Assembly: GCF_006345805.1 (NCBI RefSeq)
Contig: NC_043001.1
Span: forward strand, 98,208,001 to 98,272,000
Reading direction: 5' to 3'
DNA length: 64,000 bases
From: Octopus sinensis
Lineage: Eukaryota
Part shown: one piece after another, positions 52,446 to 64,000 of the stretch
How positions within the stretch are numbered: the stretch's first letter is position 1
Layout of the letters: each line of letters opens with the position of its first letter
Position numbers and translations under genes: made by a program
Notes under the pieces: model-generated
Told to the model about the DNA's origin: nothing
What the model saw: only the letters and a program-made list of their open reading frames with translations
Database searches by the model: none

Positions 52446-52808
52446 ATATATATATATGTTTACAGATATAGGGTAAAAAAAGTTATTAATTTATTAATTA
52501 AATCCCGCTTGATCGAGATGCAAAGGGTAGGTTCCTAGCATTTTCAAATTTATAAATTCTCGAAATATTATGTTGAGGACGGAAATAAATTTGTATAATT
52601 CTATTCCAGAAACGCGTCCATAATTAATCGAAGACTTTTGATTTCCTTATTTTTCTTGTTTTTGCCTATGTGAGTTACAAATATTGTTATCTGTGGAGTC
52701 ATATCTGTAGCATAAAGAAATGAGGTGTCTTTTGGCTGCTATTTCTAAATTTTCGGTATGTGGTGAAGCAACGTGTTACTTAACCCTTAATTATATATAT
52801 AATGTGTG

Positions 52809-52840
<32 letters not shown>

Positions 52841-53029
52841 ATTTTCATGTGGAGTTATACAAAGTAATTTAACATTCAACTCAAGTACCCAATATGTATT
52901 AGTATAGCACATATTTAATAACATTTGCAAAAGAAACTTTGACAGAGAATTACCAGTTTCGGCTTGGATACTGTCACCAGTGAGGTGATGGCCAGCAAAC
53001 CCCTAGATCACTGTCAAACTTTTCACACG

Positions 53030-53072
<43 letters not shown>

Positions 53073-54504
53073 GTACATATGTATATAAAGTTTTACAATT
53101 TATATCTCCGACTACTCGCTCCTACGCCATGTCATAAATCTTAATTGTTATATGAAAAACACTGATAGTGAAGTCATTAATGAGATTACTCTCCCTTTGA
53201 TATTTGATAACTTTGAATCATATACTGTGTTCAAGCGAGAGAAAAAAAAAATATATATATTTCTAATTCAATTCCAATGAAAGACTCATAAAAGAAAAGT
53301 CTGACGAAAGAAAATAACACGTTGACATAAACGACATTTATGGCTTGCTGAATTAAGTGGTGTTGTCTCTCGTGAAGAGAATCTCCGCCAAACATCTAGG
53401 CATTCAGTGAACAAAAGAATATTTTAAAGTTTGAACGATAGTCTACGTAAGCATGAACCCAAGTGTTCAACCTCAGGTTTTTTTTAGCTACTGAGGGAGC
53501 CTCTATGTGATTGCTAGCATAATGGAATTGGCAATCATATCTATCTCAAGTGTGTGTATGTATATCTATCTCAAATCTGTGATGCGGGATTTTCCAGTTT
53601 GATAGAAAAGATCTGGCAAGGTGTTTACACTTTGTAAATGTTTCTGATCTTGTGTTTAGAAGGTCGGTGCGGAGGGATTGTTAGAGAATATGTGAACGTG
53701 TTTCTAGATGAAAATATTAATATTTTTAAAAACTCGTTATTTGCATCGTGCACAGCGAGATCCGAAACTATTATTTGCATATTTATTCTAAACACGTCTG
53801 TGTAGGTTTCAAGCATAAAACATACTGCTCGTTTTAGTGTATGACATAGGAGGATAACTTGTACCATTTTAAGACGCATATTTTGCGTCCAAGACATGTC
53901 AAGAATAAATATCGTTAATATTGATGTTGTTTCTGTTCACAGCAATGGAAGTCAAGCGCTAGATTCATTATGTACATATGTGAGTATATATGTGTACAGA
54001 AGTTAAGAATTAATTAAGGGAATTTCGTTTGTGTAAGGGGGCAAGTAGTAACGAGTAAGTCATTAATTTTTAAGAAGGAAGGCATAACCAAACTCGAGTT
54101 GTACCAGAGACGATACAATATAGGTAAGATATAGCCCAGCCGCTTTGGCAGCTGGGCTGTATCTAAGAGATGAGAGAGAAAATGAGGCCAAAAAGGGGGG
54201 GAAATATCGTGAAAATTGCTGTGCCAGATATCTCTGAATATTTTTCTGAGGTGAATCGAAGCAACACTGCCTTCACTAGAGCTGTCAAGAACGATCAGCT
54301 GTTTTATTACATACAGAACAGTCTCCAATAACTCTGGTTCTATGAAAAAAAATCTGAACTGGATAGTACTAAGAATGTAAAAAGTTCAAACGGGGGACGG
54401 ACTTTATTTTCTTGGTTTTCTGTTATATTTTATTGTCATTTTGATACTGAGTTGAAATTGGAGTCAAGATAAAGTCTACATGCTGCTAGTAAATGATGTT
54501 TGTT

Positions 54505-54800
54505 CCTTCTCGAGCCACGCCTGGCTCATAAGGGCCGGTTTCCCGGTTTCCTTGGCGTATAGGTTCCCCACCTGGACTTGTCGCCAGTCCGTTGCAGGTG
54601 AGCTGCAAGATGCAGGAGGAAACTGTGAGAGAAAGTTGTGGCGAAAGAGCCAGCAGAAGTTCGCCATTACCTTCTGCCGGAGCCGCATGGAGCTTAGGCG
54701 TTTCGCTCATAAACACACACATCGCCTGGTCTGAGATTCGAACTCGTGATCCCTCGACCGCGCGTTTGCTGCTCTAACCACTAGGCCATGTGCCTCCACA
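54505..54800 (-). mobile_element. SINE family C, near full length
   Basis: Minus strand ggaggcacatggcctagtggttagagc...gagttcgaatc (B box)...cggactggcgac...gaaaccgggaaaccggccc. Confidence 0.8.
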
Positions 54801-57329
54801 GTGAATGATGTAGCTGTCCATAATGGCAGCTCTGATGAATTCTGTGGATATTATGTAATATGTATCAACTTATAAATGAAAATAAGGAAAATGGACGTAT
54901 GCATACCTTTATCGACATTTGTACATAAAGTCTCTAGGTTTATGATAAGACGACAGAAATGATAATTTTAAAACTTGCTATAATTTTAGCTTAACCAGCT
55001 CGAAAGTAAATCGTAGGTTAGGCCTTCAAAGGACAACATGTGGGAATGACATGCGGAAATTGCAATTTGGATTTAAATTGATTAAATTTTGAACATCAAA
55101 GCAGATATGTAATTATTCTAGTGATGTTTGCATGTTTGGTTCTGAATGCACTCAAACTAAATGATGCGCATCCAGATCGAAATTCAAATTTTTCCTTTGT
55201 CAAATCCGCATGACTTCTCAAGATGTTATAAGACTCAACTTATGTATGAACAAGATTATTATTATTACACACAATATCTTTCCTTCAAATTATTATCTCA
55301 CAATTCTAGTGAGTTGAAATTACATCAAAGCAATAAATTATATTTCAAACATAACCAGGCATCTTTAATTTTAGTAGAGTTTCGGTGTAATTTATTACAT
55401 TAATAAGTTGTTCGGAAAGAATTCACAAAAGTAGCACATAAAATACAATAATGTTTTTCTCAGATAACCAGTTTTATTGATTTAAAAGCTTTCTCACGTC
55501 GTGATTTCATTCGTTTATAATTCTCGGCACTAGTGTCTGGTCGATCCTATCTTTATTTTCACTCGATACCAATTCTTTCGTAAACAAAATAGCAACAGCG
55601 ATATCACATGTGACTAACAAAATGATGGATGTATTCTTTTCAAAATGTGTAAGGAAGCTCGTGATGATTCTATATTTTCTGTTAATCCAAATCGAATAAA
55701 TTGATTAATTAAGAAGTAAGCTTTACTATAAATATAATTCCTTAAAGGCAACGATGACGTTCTCTCTTGATAACTTCAAATTTCGTTTCTTCGATCGTAT
55801 TTAATAGAAAAAAAAACACTTTTTTCACTTTTTAAAAATCAGTTTTGGTCATTTATTATTCTCTCTTTTCTATTAAATTCCTTGGTTTTCCGTTGCTTTT
55901 TGTTTCTTTTTTTTCTTTTTTCTTTGTTTTCTTTTTTTATTCATTTTCACTTCATTTCATTTCATTTCATTGTTCGGAAGCAAAAATCAAGCACAATCAC
56001 TGAAACGTCTATTGTTATGCAGGTATTTTTCGATGTTAATTAATCACCATTCATGTCCACCTGATCAGTTGATTCGCTTGATTTGTATTTCACACGTGAT
56101 AAAACTTCATTCTTCTCAATTGTTTGAGACTCAGTGGCGAAACGCTTCTTTCTAAATATGCAGGAAATTGTAACGTAACGCACAATTTAAAGATTCACTC
56201 ATTATCATTTGTAATTTCATCATTACACATTTTTTTTTATTTATTTATTCATTCATGTATTCCCTTCCATCTTGCTCTTCTCACTCCCCTCATTCCCTCT
56301 CCCAAATTCTGTCCTTTTTCCTTTTCTTTCTATCCTTGTATTTTTGTTATCTTTTGTGCCATATCTTTATCTTTCATTTGAGGTTTCGCTTTAATTATTG
56401 CTTGTCTTTTTTTGCTATTATAAATGCTAAAATCACTATTGAGATCAGAAGTACCATCATCGAATCACAACAACGAGAAAAAACAGCAACAGCCTCCAAT
56501 TATCATAATTCAATTTATATTCTACATTTTGCAGGGCGCTTATTATTATTATTATTTTTTTTTTGAAATATATAATTAATAATTATTGTTGTTAAGCTTT
56601 CAATTTTTGTTATTTTTATTCATATACATTACGATAAGGGAGGCGGTCGCGGCAGAAACCTTATAACGATGATATCGTGTTCACTTTCAGGATCTTCCTG
56701 TCATCACAATTATATGTTGACTTGCACCATTATTATTGCTGTTTGTTGTTGTTGTTATTTATCAAGGGTGGATGCACCTAATGAGTCTCTAGTATCGGAA
56801 TATTTCCCCGTTTTGCTTCATACAAATTTTTTTCCTTTTTTCCTTTTTCTTTTATTATTATTATCTTTTAATATTTAGATTTTTCCTTTTCTAAAAAGAA
56901 TATATATGCTCTTCAATTAACTTAGGGCTTTCACAAAAGCGAAATACTGTTTTTAGGTTTCTAAATATTTTATTTTATAAGCTTTGCTTCAGTAGCGTAA
57001 CTTCGTGGCTTAAGCAACAACTGGAGTAGCATCATGAGGTGAAAGGTGGTGACTCCAAAGGCAGCAGTAATAGTTTATACATCCTTAAGACTTTTGAAGA
57101 AAAATTAGCTGAAGCTTGTAAAAATAAAAACACAGATTATATATAAGGGCAATCAGAGAAAAAAAACTTAAGATAACTGATAAAAGAAAAATACAATCAC
57201 GAATTCAAAATCAGACATTTGTGAGTCATGATTCCTTCAAACTACAAAACGCAGCTCTGTGAGACTTGGTGTAGGATCTGTCTTGTATTTTCTATAGAAT
57301 TGATGGTACCCTATGTAATATATATGCAG

Positions 57330-57500
57330 TGGCGTAGGAGTGGCTGTGTGGTAAGTAGCTTGCTTACCAACCACATGGTCTCGGGTTCAGTCCCACAGCA
57401 TGGCACCTTGGGTGAGTTGTTTTCTACTATAGCCTCGGGCCGACCAAAGATTTGTGAGTGGATTTGGTAGACGGAAACTGAAAGAAGTCCGTCGTATATA
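57330..57500 (+). mobile_element. SINE family A, 5' half
   Basis: ggcgtaggagtggctgtgtggtaagtagc...gaaagaagtccgtcg. Confidence 0.88.
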
Positions 57501-57502
57501 TG

Positions 57503-57540
<38 letters not shown>

Positions 57541-57543
<3 letters not shown>

Positions 57544-58033
57544 GTACCGAATATGGTCCTTTCCGAAATTACTACTAGGTGAAATTTATTGATTTTATTA
57601 AATTAATTATATATATATATATATAGGCGCAGGAGTGGCTGTGTGGTAAGTAGCTTGCTAACTAACCACATGGTTCCGGGTTCAGTCCCACTGCGTGGCA
57701 TCTTGGGCAAGTGTCTTCTGCTATAGCCCCGGGCCGACCAATGCCTTGTGAGTGGATTTGGTAGACGGAAACTGAAAGAAGCCTGTCGTATATATATATA
57801 TGTATGTGTGTGTGTTTGTGTATCTGTGTTTGTTCCCCTAGCATTGCTTGACAACCGATGCTGGTGTGTTTACGTCCCTGTCACTTGGCGGTTCGGCAAA
57901 AAGAGACCGATAGAATAAGTACTGGGCTTACAAAAAGAATAAGTCCCGGGGTCGAGTTGCTCGACTAAAGGTGGTGCTCCAGCATGGCCGCAGTCAAATG
58001 ACTGAAACAAGTAAAAGAGTAAAAGAGTAAAGA

Positions 58034-58070
<37 letters not shown>

Positions 58071-58158
58071 TAAAGGGTGAAATATAATTAATTTAATAAA
58101 ATCAATAAATTTCACCTAGTAGTAATTTCGGTATGGAAAGGACCATATTCGTACAAAT
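57541..58158. repeat. Inverted repeat of about 72 bp (57541-57612 / 58083-58158) enclosing a full-length SINE A (57625-58034)
   Basis: gaatatggtcctttcc(atacc)gaaattactactaggtgaaatttattgattttattaaattaattata on opposite strands, differing mainly by a 5-bp indel. Confidence 0.85.
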
Positions 58159-58384
58159 TTATATAATTTATATAATTATAATAAAGGATTTTTGTGCAAC
58201 AAGTTGCTTAAACCACATACCGAAAATATTAGAAATAGCTGTCAAAGGGCTACTATTACTATTACTACAATAATAAGTCTCCGCAAACAACAGCCCTTGT
58301 AACTCATATATGGTAAAAAAAAAAGGAAGGAAAAATACGAACCACACAGTCTACTGGATCAATTATATATGTGTGTGTGTGTGT

Positions 58385-58394
58385 GTGTTGTGTA

Positions 58395-58440
<46 letters not shown>

Positions 58441-58648
58441 TGTGTCTGTGTTTGTCCTCCCCAACATCGCTTGACAACCGATGCTTGTGTGTTTACATCC
58501 CCGTAACTTAGCGGTTCGGCAAAAGGGACCGATAGAATAAGTACTAGGCTTACAAAAAATAAGTCCTGGGGTCGATTTGCTCGACTAAAGGCGGTGCTCC
58601 AGCATGGCCACAGTCAAATGACTGAATCAAGTAAAAAAGTAAAAGAGT
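58385..58648 (+). mobile_element. SINE family A, 3' half
   Basis: tgtttgtcctccccaacatcgc...caagtaaaaaagtaaaagag. Confidence 0.85.
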
Positions 58649-58709
58649 GCCAAATACTAGAATTGTCTGTAGGTTTTGCATATTCATAACTTACGTATTT
58701 TTCTTCATA

Positions 58710-59798
58710 CTAGGTGTGTTCAAAAAAACTATCCGACGACATTTTTCCCGTCAAAACTAATGCCACTTGGGCAAAACACTTTGAGTGAGAGGTAACACCA
58801 CTGTTCTTCGGCAAACATGAAAAATCTCACGCCAGTAGGCTGCATCAGTTCCCAGCTGTTACGCCTAGAGTACAGACATGTAGTGCGCGCTTGTCGGATT
58901 TTCATTTTCACACAAGATGACCATAAACCCGAGTCTCGAGGCCTGTGTTGTGATTTGCACATTCCAGTATTTCCTGGGCGATTTACATTCGGAGTTGCTT
59001 CAGTTGCCTCGCTAGCACCTTGGGGACGATTTTCGCCGACAATCTCCACTTGCACAAATCCTCCGTTAAAACTGTATGTACTGTTCTTGTGCTTATCCCC
59101 ACTTCCTGGGCAATTTCCTGGATTGTTATGCAACGGTCTTCTATGACTATTTGCTGAACCTTCGTGAGCGATTTCCTGGATTGTTATGCGACGGTTTTTA
59201 CATGGCTAATCCCACTTCTTTTCGGCTTATAGATAGCCTCCCTGAGCGCACCTCACTCTCCCCTGATGTGTGACCATGTTTGAACCAGATGTATCACTCT
59301 GATACATCATTATTATTAACCAGTCGCCTATGCATACCAGTCTCCTCTCTGTATGCCATCGATGTTATCCGAGGGAAAGATAAAGGCCGATAAAATTCTG
59401 TAGGTTGAGCATTGGTAGCAATTCTGAGAAAGGATCCAAACAAGTGGGGCTATATTGATAATTTTTGCCCCATAACTGAAAGATCAGGCACACATGGCAA
59501 ATACTCGCATCATTGCTAAAGTCCTGATGTATCATCTAGACGGTTTGAGCATGAATATCACCAAGCCTTTTGGCAAAACCTGATGCAATGTGTTTTTTCG
59601 ATGCGTTCGGTCATCTTGCGCGAAAACGAAAACCCGACGAGCGAGTACTACACGTCTATACTCTAGGCGTAACAGCCGGGAACTGAAGCTGCGTACCGGA
59701 GCGAAAATTTCCACGCATGCGCAGAAGTCATTTCACATCTAAAGAATTTAGCTCATGCAGAGAAAAAGTAAAGTCGAATACTTTTTGAACCCACTTCT
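58710..59798 (-). mobile_element. Internally deleted mariner with long imperfect sub-terminal inverted repeats and an inserted patch
   Basis: TA-flanked ends ...gttcaaaaaRtatYcgac; minus-strand MTERIEKTHCIRFCQK.LGD, WFKHGHTSGESEVRSGR, GISTRTVHTVLTEDLCKWRLSAKIVPKVL, TGLETRVYG. Confidence 0.85.
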
Positions 59799-59899
59799 TA
59801 TTTATAAAATCATTTTCAAAGTACTTATTATAAACATTGCTTGATTTCAGACTCTATATTCTGTTTAATTTCATCCGCGTATCCTTACAACTGCATAAA

Positions 59900-62620
59900 T
59901 TCTCTGGCAGGCTTTGACACACCGTAATGGTTGCATATTACTCGACCCCAAGCTGATGTGTACGGCTTTTCGGTAGATTTCGGCCGACTGTCGCAAACAC
60001 ACGGCAAAAGAAGCGCAGAAATTATGAAAACCCGTTAACAGCCGCATATATAAGAAAAGCGATGGTTGGTTGCACAGGGAGGTGGGAGCAAATGGCATGG
60101 TTCGGATGGTCAGCTTTACAAGCTTTACATATATATGCAAGATGTGTTTGGAGTCCGCTTGGCAGATATTTTCCGCGACTGGCAACAAAACAGGATAGTT
60201 CTTAGTTCTGTAGGTTGAGCATCTGAGGAAGGACCCAAACAAGTGGGGCTTTACTGATAATTTTTGCCCCATAACTTTGTTAAATGCAGATTTCAAAATT
60301 TGGTCAATGTTTTGGGAAAGTTGTTGGCATATGCCAACGATAATCTTATAGATGATGCGCAAATATGCGCTATCTCAAACAGTCAATCCACAACAGCTTT
60401 CTCCTCGTGCGATGCTTCATAGAGAGGGTGACTAGGAAAGGACAATTTTGACCAATCAAATTCTTTCGATATTGCCGACCACCCATACTTGGTAGTTGTT
60501 CTCACTGCAGTCAGTTTTGTACCCGTCTTCTTTTGTTGGATTGCCGCAATGTACAATGACATCTGCTTAGTAATTCGGGTAAATATTCACCAATCGGAAC
60601 TTTTCAGAATCATGAGCTCGGTCCGACAATGTTGTCCTGATACTAGAGTCCTTACTGCGAAAGCTGGCGGCGCTGAAGGGCATCCTGTGTGAACTTGAAT
60701 GTCTAAGAGCCATATTAGCATATGTGGACTACGTCACCGTCATAGAGTCGAACTCCATTCACGTAGAAATGACCTATACCATTATAAGGGACAACGGCTT
60801 ACTGCAGAGGCAAAAGTCAACTAAGAAAAGTCTGTAAGTCTGTAGCTTTGCATCTGGAGAGGCAGGTCTGTCATCCAACTGCATCGTAGGGTAATGGACA
60901 GACGGAGGAGTTGAATTGCTTGGGGGTCTATTTAGGTATAGTAGAGAACAACTAGGATGAGGTCAGGAGCGAGGTGACTCATCTCATTTAAAAATGACCT
61001 GAGAGAAAACTATCCCTGAAAGATCAGGCACACATGGCAAATACTGACACCACTTTCGTAGTATCTTATCGCTTAGCTGACGTAGATGCATGGCTCAGTG
61101 GTTAGAGCGTCGAGCGCAAAATCATGAGGTAGTGAGTTCGATTCCTGGACCAAGCTTTATTTGTCGTTGACCCAGTTCACTCAGCTGTAGAAGTGAGTCG
61201 TGACATCATTAGTGCCAGGTTTTATCGGCCTTTATCTTTCCCTTGGATAACATCGATGGCATACAGAGAGGAGACTGGTATGCATACGCGACTGCTGGTC
61301 TTCCATAAACAATATTGACTGAACTTGTGCCTCGGAGGGGAACTTTCAAGGCGCAATACTATAGTCATTCATGACCGACGGGGTCTTTTGTTTAGCCGAC
61401 TTACCATACCCCATTTCATTCCTGATCGGACTGGATCACTCGTTCTTAAGTTTTCTGTGGAAGGGACTTATTCCACTGATTAGGCGCCCCTTTTGTTGTC
61501 CTGCTGCTTGGGAGTTTTGAGCATACTGTGGTTGATGATGCGCAGAGGCTGTGACGCTTTGCGTGTGTCCTTGACGACGAGCAGATGTAGTTCCCGTTTG
61601 TCAGGTTCACTTTCCACAGCTTGTCTCTTCACAGAGCTGAATATTTCTGACTCAAGCATAGGGCGCTTGGCATCTAGAGTGGCGACAGATGCACACAACC
61701 CTCTGCCAGTCAGGAAAGGTGGTTTGTGAAATTATACTTTCGCGTTCTATAGATGATGAGTGACGGCCCTAGAATTACAACGCAATCGGGGAGGTTCTGG
61801 GCATCGAGAAATATCCACTAACCGAGAAATATCCACCTACCGGAAGATTTTCTGGCCGGTGTCCACGGATAATTTCTAGAAATCTCTGACATGGCAGTGC
61901 TACCGGTGGAGGGTAGGCATTTCAGGTTCTAAATATACTCTACACACATGGACATGCTGTCAACCGGGCCTGCTTGAGTTGCGTGAAAATTAGCGAAATT
62001 CTCTTGCATACACTTGTGGAGTGCCTGAGCATTGCTTGGACTTAATTGGGACACCTGCTGTAGTGTATAAGACGGAACCGGCTGTCATCCGAGTCTAGTG
62101 CAAAGATCGTCCTGCCGTCTTCCTCTGGTGGAGAAGAACAGATATTGTTTATTTGTCTGGTAGCCTTTGTGAAAGAAGTTGAGTACTGGACCAGTTTTAA
62201 TTGCCTGAAGGCAGACAGTTTCATCTTTGGCCAGGCCCTTACCAACTGCTTCCAGTTTCACTTGAAGAGGGAAGTGAGGATGGAGAGGAAAGTGTTGCCT
62301 TCTGACAAATTTGCTGAAAGGCGGATGAAATTGGCATGGATGGGTCCGAATGAAAGGGCCTGCCCAGGGCATGTGCTCTAGATTAAGAAAGAATGGGGAG
62401 AGGGAAATTGCTCTCGAGGTGAGGGTGACCGTAGTTTAGAGGTGTTTCCAGGAGCAGCCCTTGGAAGTCTCCTTCTTTTTAGAAAATTAATCTGTGTTTG
62501 AATTTAAAGTTCTGCTTATTTGTTTTTGTTGCTTAAACCTCCTTCATATTTTATGATGTTGTGTAGTCTTGTACCAACTCATATTAGAAAGAAGAGGGTT
62601 TTTAAAAATTTTTTTATTCT
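59900..62620 (+). mobile_element. Decayed L1/Tx1-clade LINE ORF2 (RT, C-terminal zinc knuckle, 3' UTR) with deletions and a SINE insertion
   Basis: RKDPNK..DNFCPITLLNADFKI; DQSNSFDIADHPYL; WIAAMY...SVRQCCP; WTDGGVELLGVY; CLSCVKISEILLHTLVEC; HLKREVRMERKVL. Confidence 0.85.
61082..61392 (+). mobile_element. tRNA-derived SINE (family D) with RTE-type tail, inserted in the L1/Tx1 remnant
   Basis: gcatggctcagtggttagagcg (A box), gagttcgattcc (B box), tail tcattcatgaccgacggggtc. Confidence 0.8.
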
Positions 62621-62938
62621 TTAACCCAAGAACACCTCTGATCAAGGATACCTACGGACAAAGTTGATCTTAATTGTGTTCCTCTCATTTTATTTACAAA
62701 CAACGTATACTTTGAACCACCCATCTCATGTGCTCTTCATATTTTAGAATAGAGCAGAGTCAGATTTATGGGGTATTTCCCTGTTATTTCTCCCACATTG
62801 TTCGTTCTATAAAACTTTTGTATATTTCTAATGAGTAAAAGAAACTAAAATATTATAAACATTATTCCAAGGGGCGACTACTTTTAAAAAAACCTACTTA
62901 GAATACAGTAGTCAAAGATAATCTGAAAGTTAAATAAA

Positions 62939-63044
62939 AATATTTAATCCACAATCGTTAGTCCGACAGAATATATTATGTTTCGCCCACGGCTAGGGCT
63001 ATACAGAATATATTTGTCGGACTAGAAACTATGGATTAAATATT
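62939..63044. repeat. Imperfect palindrome of about 106 bp
   Basis: aatatttaatccacaatcgttagtccgacagaatatattatg ... cagaatatatttgtcggactagaaactatggattaaatatt. Confidence 0.8.
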
Positions 63045-63060
63045 CTTAAAATATCATACA

Positions 63061-63426
63061 GCTAGAAGTATAGCCCGGCGTTGCTGGGATTTGTTTTCTT
63101 TTCGACCCCTTAGACTTGGAATTTTTGAAAAGTAAAACTTTTGCAATATGTAGCTTGTTATTCTCTTTAAGTGAACATTTTTCTGGTTGAAATACACCGG
63201 AAAATGGCGACACAGTAGTAAAAAAATCGTAAAAAATAGAGATTTTCATAGAGAAAAAAAGGACCTTTTTGATGTAAATAATTTTTGGTTTTAACATGAT
63301 CCGATTTGAATTTTTTTTCTTCTACGGAATGAAGAGCAAGCCTTCTTCTATCATATTCTCAGTTTTGGTCAACTTGCGCCGCAAGGACTCGGAGGAGATA
63401 GTGTTAGTTGAAGGCTACCAAACCTG

Positions 63427-63461
<35 letters not shown>

Positions 63462-63478
63462 ACTTCAGCTTTATAGAT
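63061..63478 (+). mobile_element. Helentron/DINE-1-like element, copy 3, with (CA)n expansion near the 3' end
   Basis: Collinear with 24108-24496; (CA)n at about 63428-63456. Confidence 0.75.
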
Positions 63479-64000
63479 TACTTGGAAAAAGGTTTTCAGG
63501 TAACTAAAACTGGACTGAGGTGACCACTAATGGATTTTTTTTCTTTTAGAGGGACGCGTTATAATTTTTCCTCCGTACAGTAAAAAACATAACAGCCTCT
63601 AATTGTTGGCCGATTATCCTTTGATATTGTATTATAATTTTAGAAGCGTCTTGTACTTCTTGCGTGAATTGATTTCTCTGTTTTATGTCAAAGCGTGAAA
63701 AGGCGAAATCTGTTTTTACTCGACATTTGGCCTAAGTAAAATTCAAGCAAGTTCTGTCTATAATCAAATTATATTATTGCCTATGATGCAAGTGAATTCA
63801 ATAACACAGCTTTTGTTTATTCCCATGCCAACTTTATATCATCAAATCTATTCCACCTCTAACCATTTCATCCATTTTCCCCACTTATAACATATCTGGA
63901 GCTACATTACGAAATGTGGCTTCAGCTTTTAGTAGACATAAAATTGTGATGTGTGGGTTATTCGGCTCCTACTTCTAGCTTAAATATTCATTGAATCAAA

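Noticed and set aside
58083-58158. Possible hammerhead in the third inverted repeat pair
   Set aside because: Only ggt...acc-GAAA is retained; core and stems I and III cannot be built.

Overview
AT-rich, repeat-saturated non-coding eukaryotic DNA. The SINE families and dense (TA)n/(CA)n/(AAT)n/(GATA)n tracts point to an octopus-type cephalopod genome (inference from repeat recognition, not a search). I recognise no intact host protein-coding gene, and no tRNA, rRNA or CRISPR locus; most long ORFs in the track are microsatellite artefacts. The window holds about 30 tRNA-derived SINE copies, decayed LINE ends (CR1, RTE, R4/Dong, L1/Tx1), one full-length dead mariner, other Tc1/mariner remnants, several MITEs and three Helentron/DINE-1-like elements. 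Most interesting: (1) several type I hammerhead ribozyme folds in Penelope-like repeat ends, including a near-identical inverted pair (43495-43545 minus, 46640-46689 plus); (2) a telomere-repeat-bearing MITE flanked exactly by a 147-bp direct duplication; (3) a patch inside a mariner stitched from three nearby templates; (4) head-to-tail SINE multimers sharing one junction at independent loci; (5) (AAT)n arrays packed with R4/Dong ends and a 560-bp non-coding element; (6) an unexplained CpG-rich island at 23.4-23.9 kb ending in a consensus splice donor.
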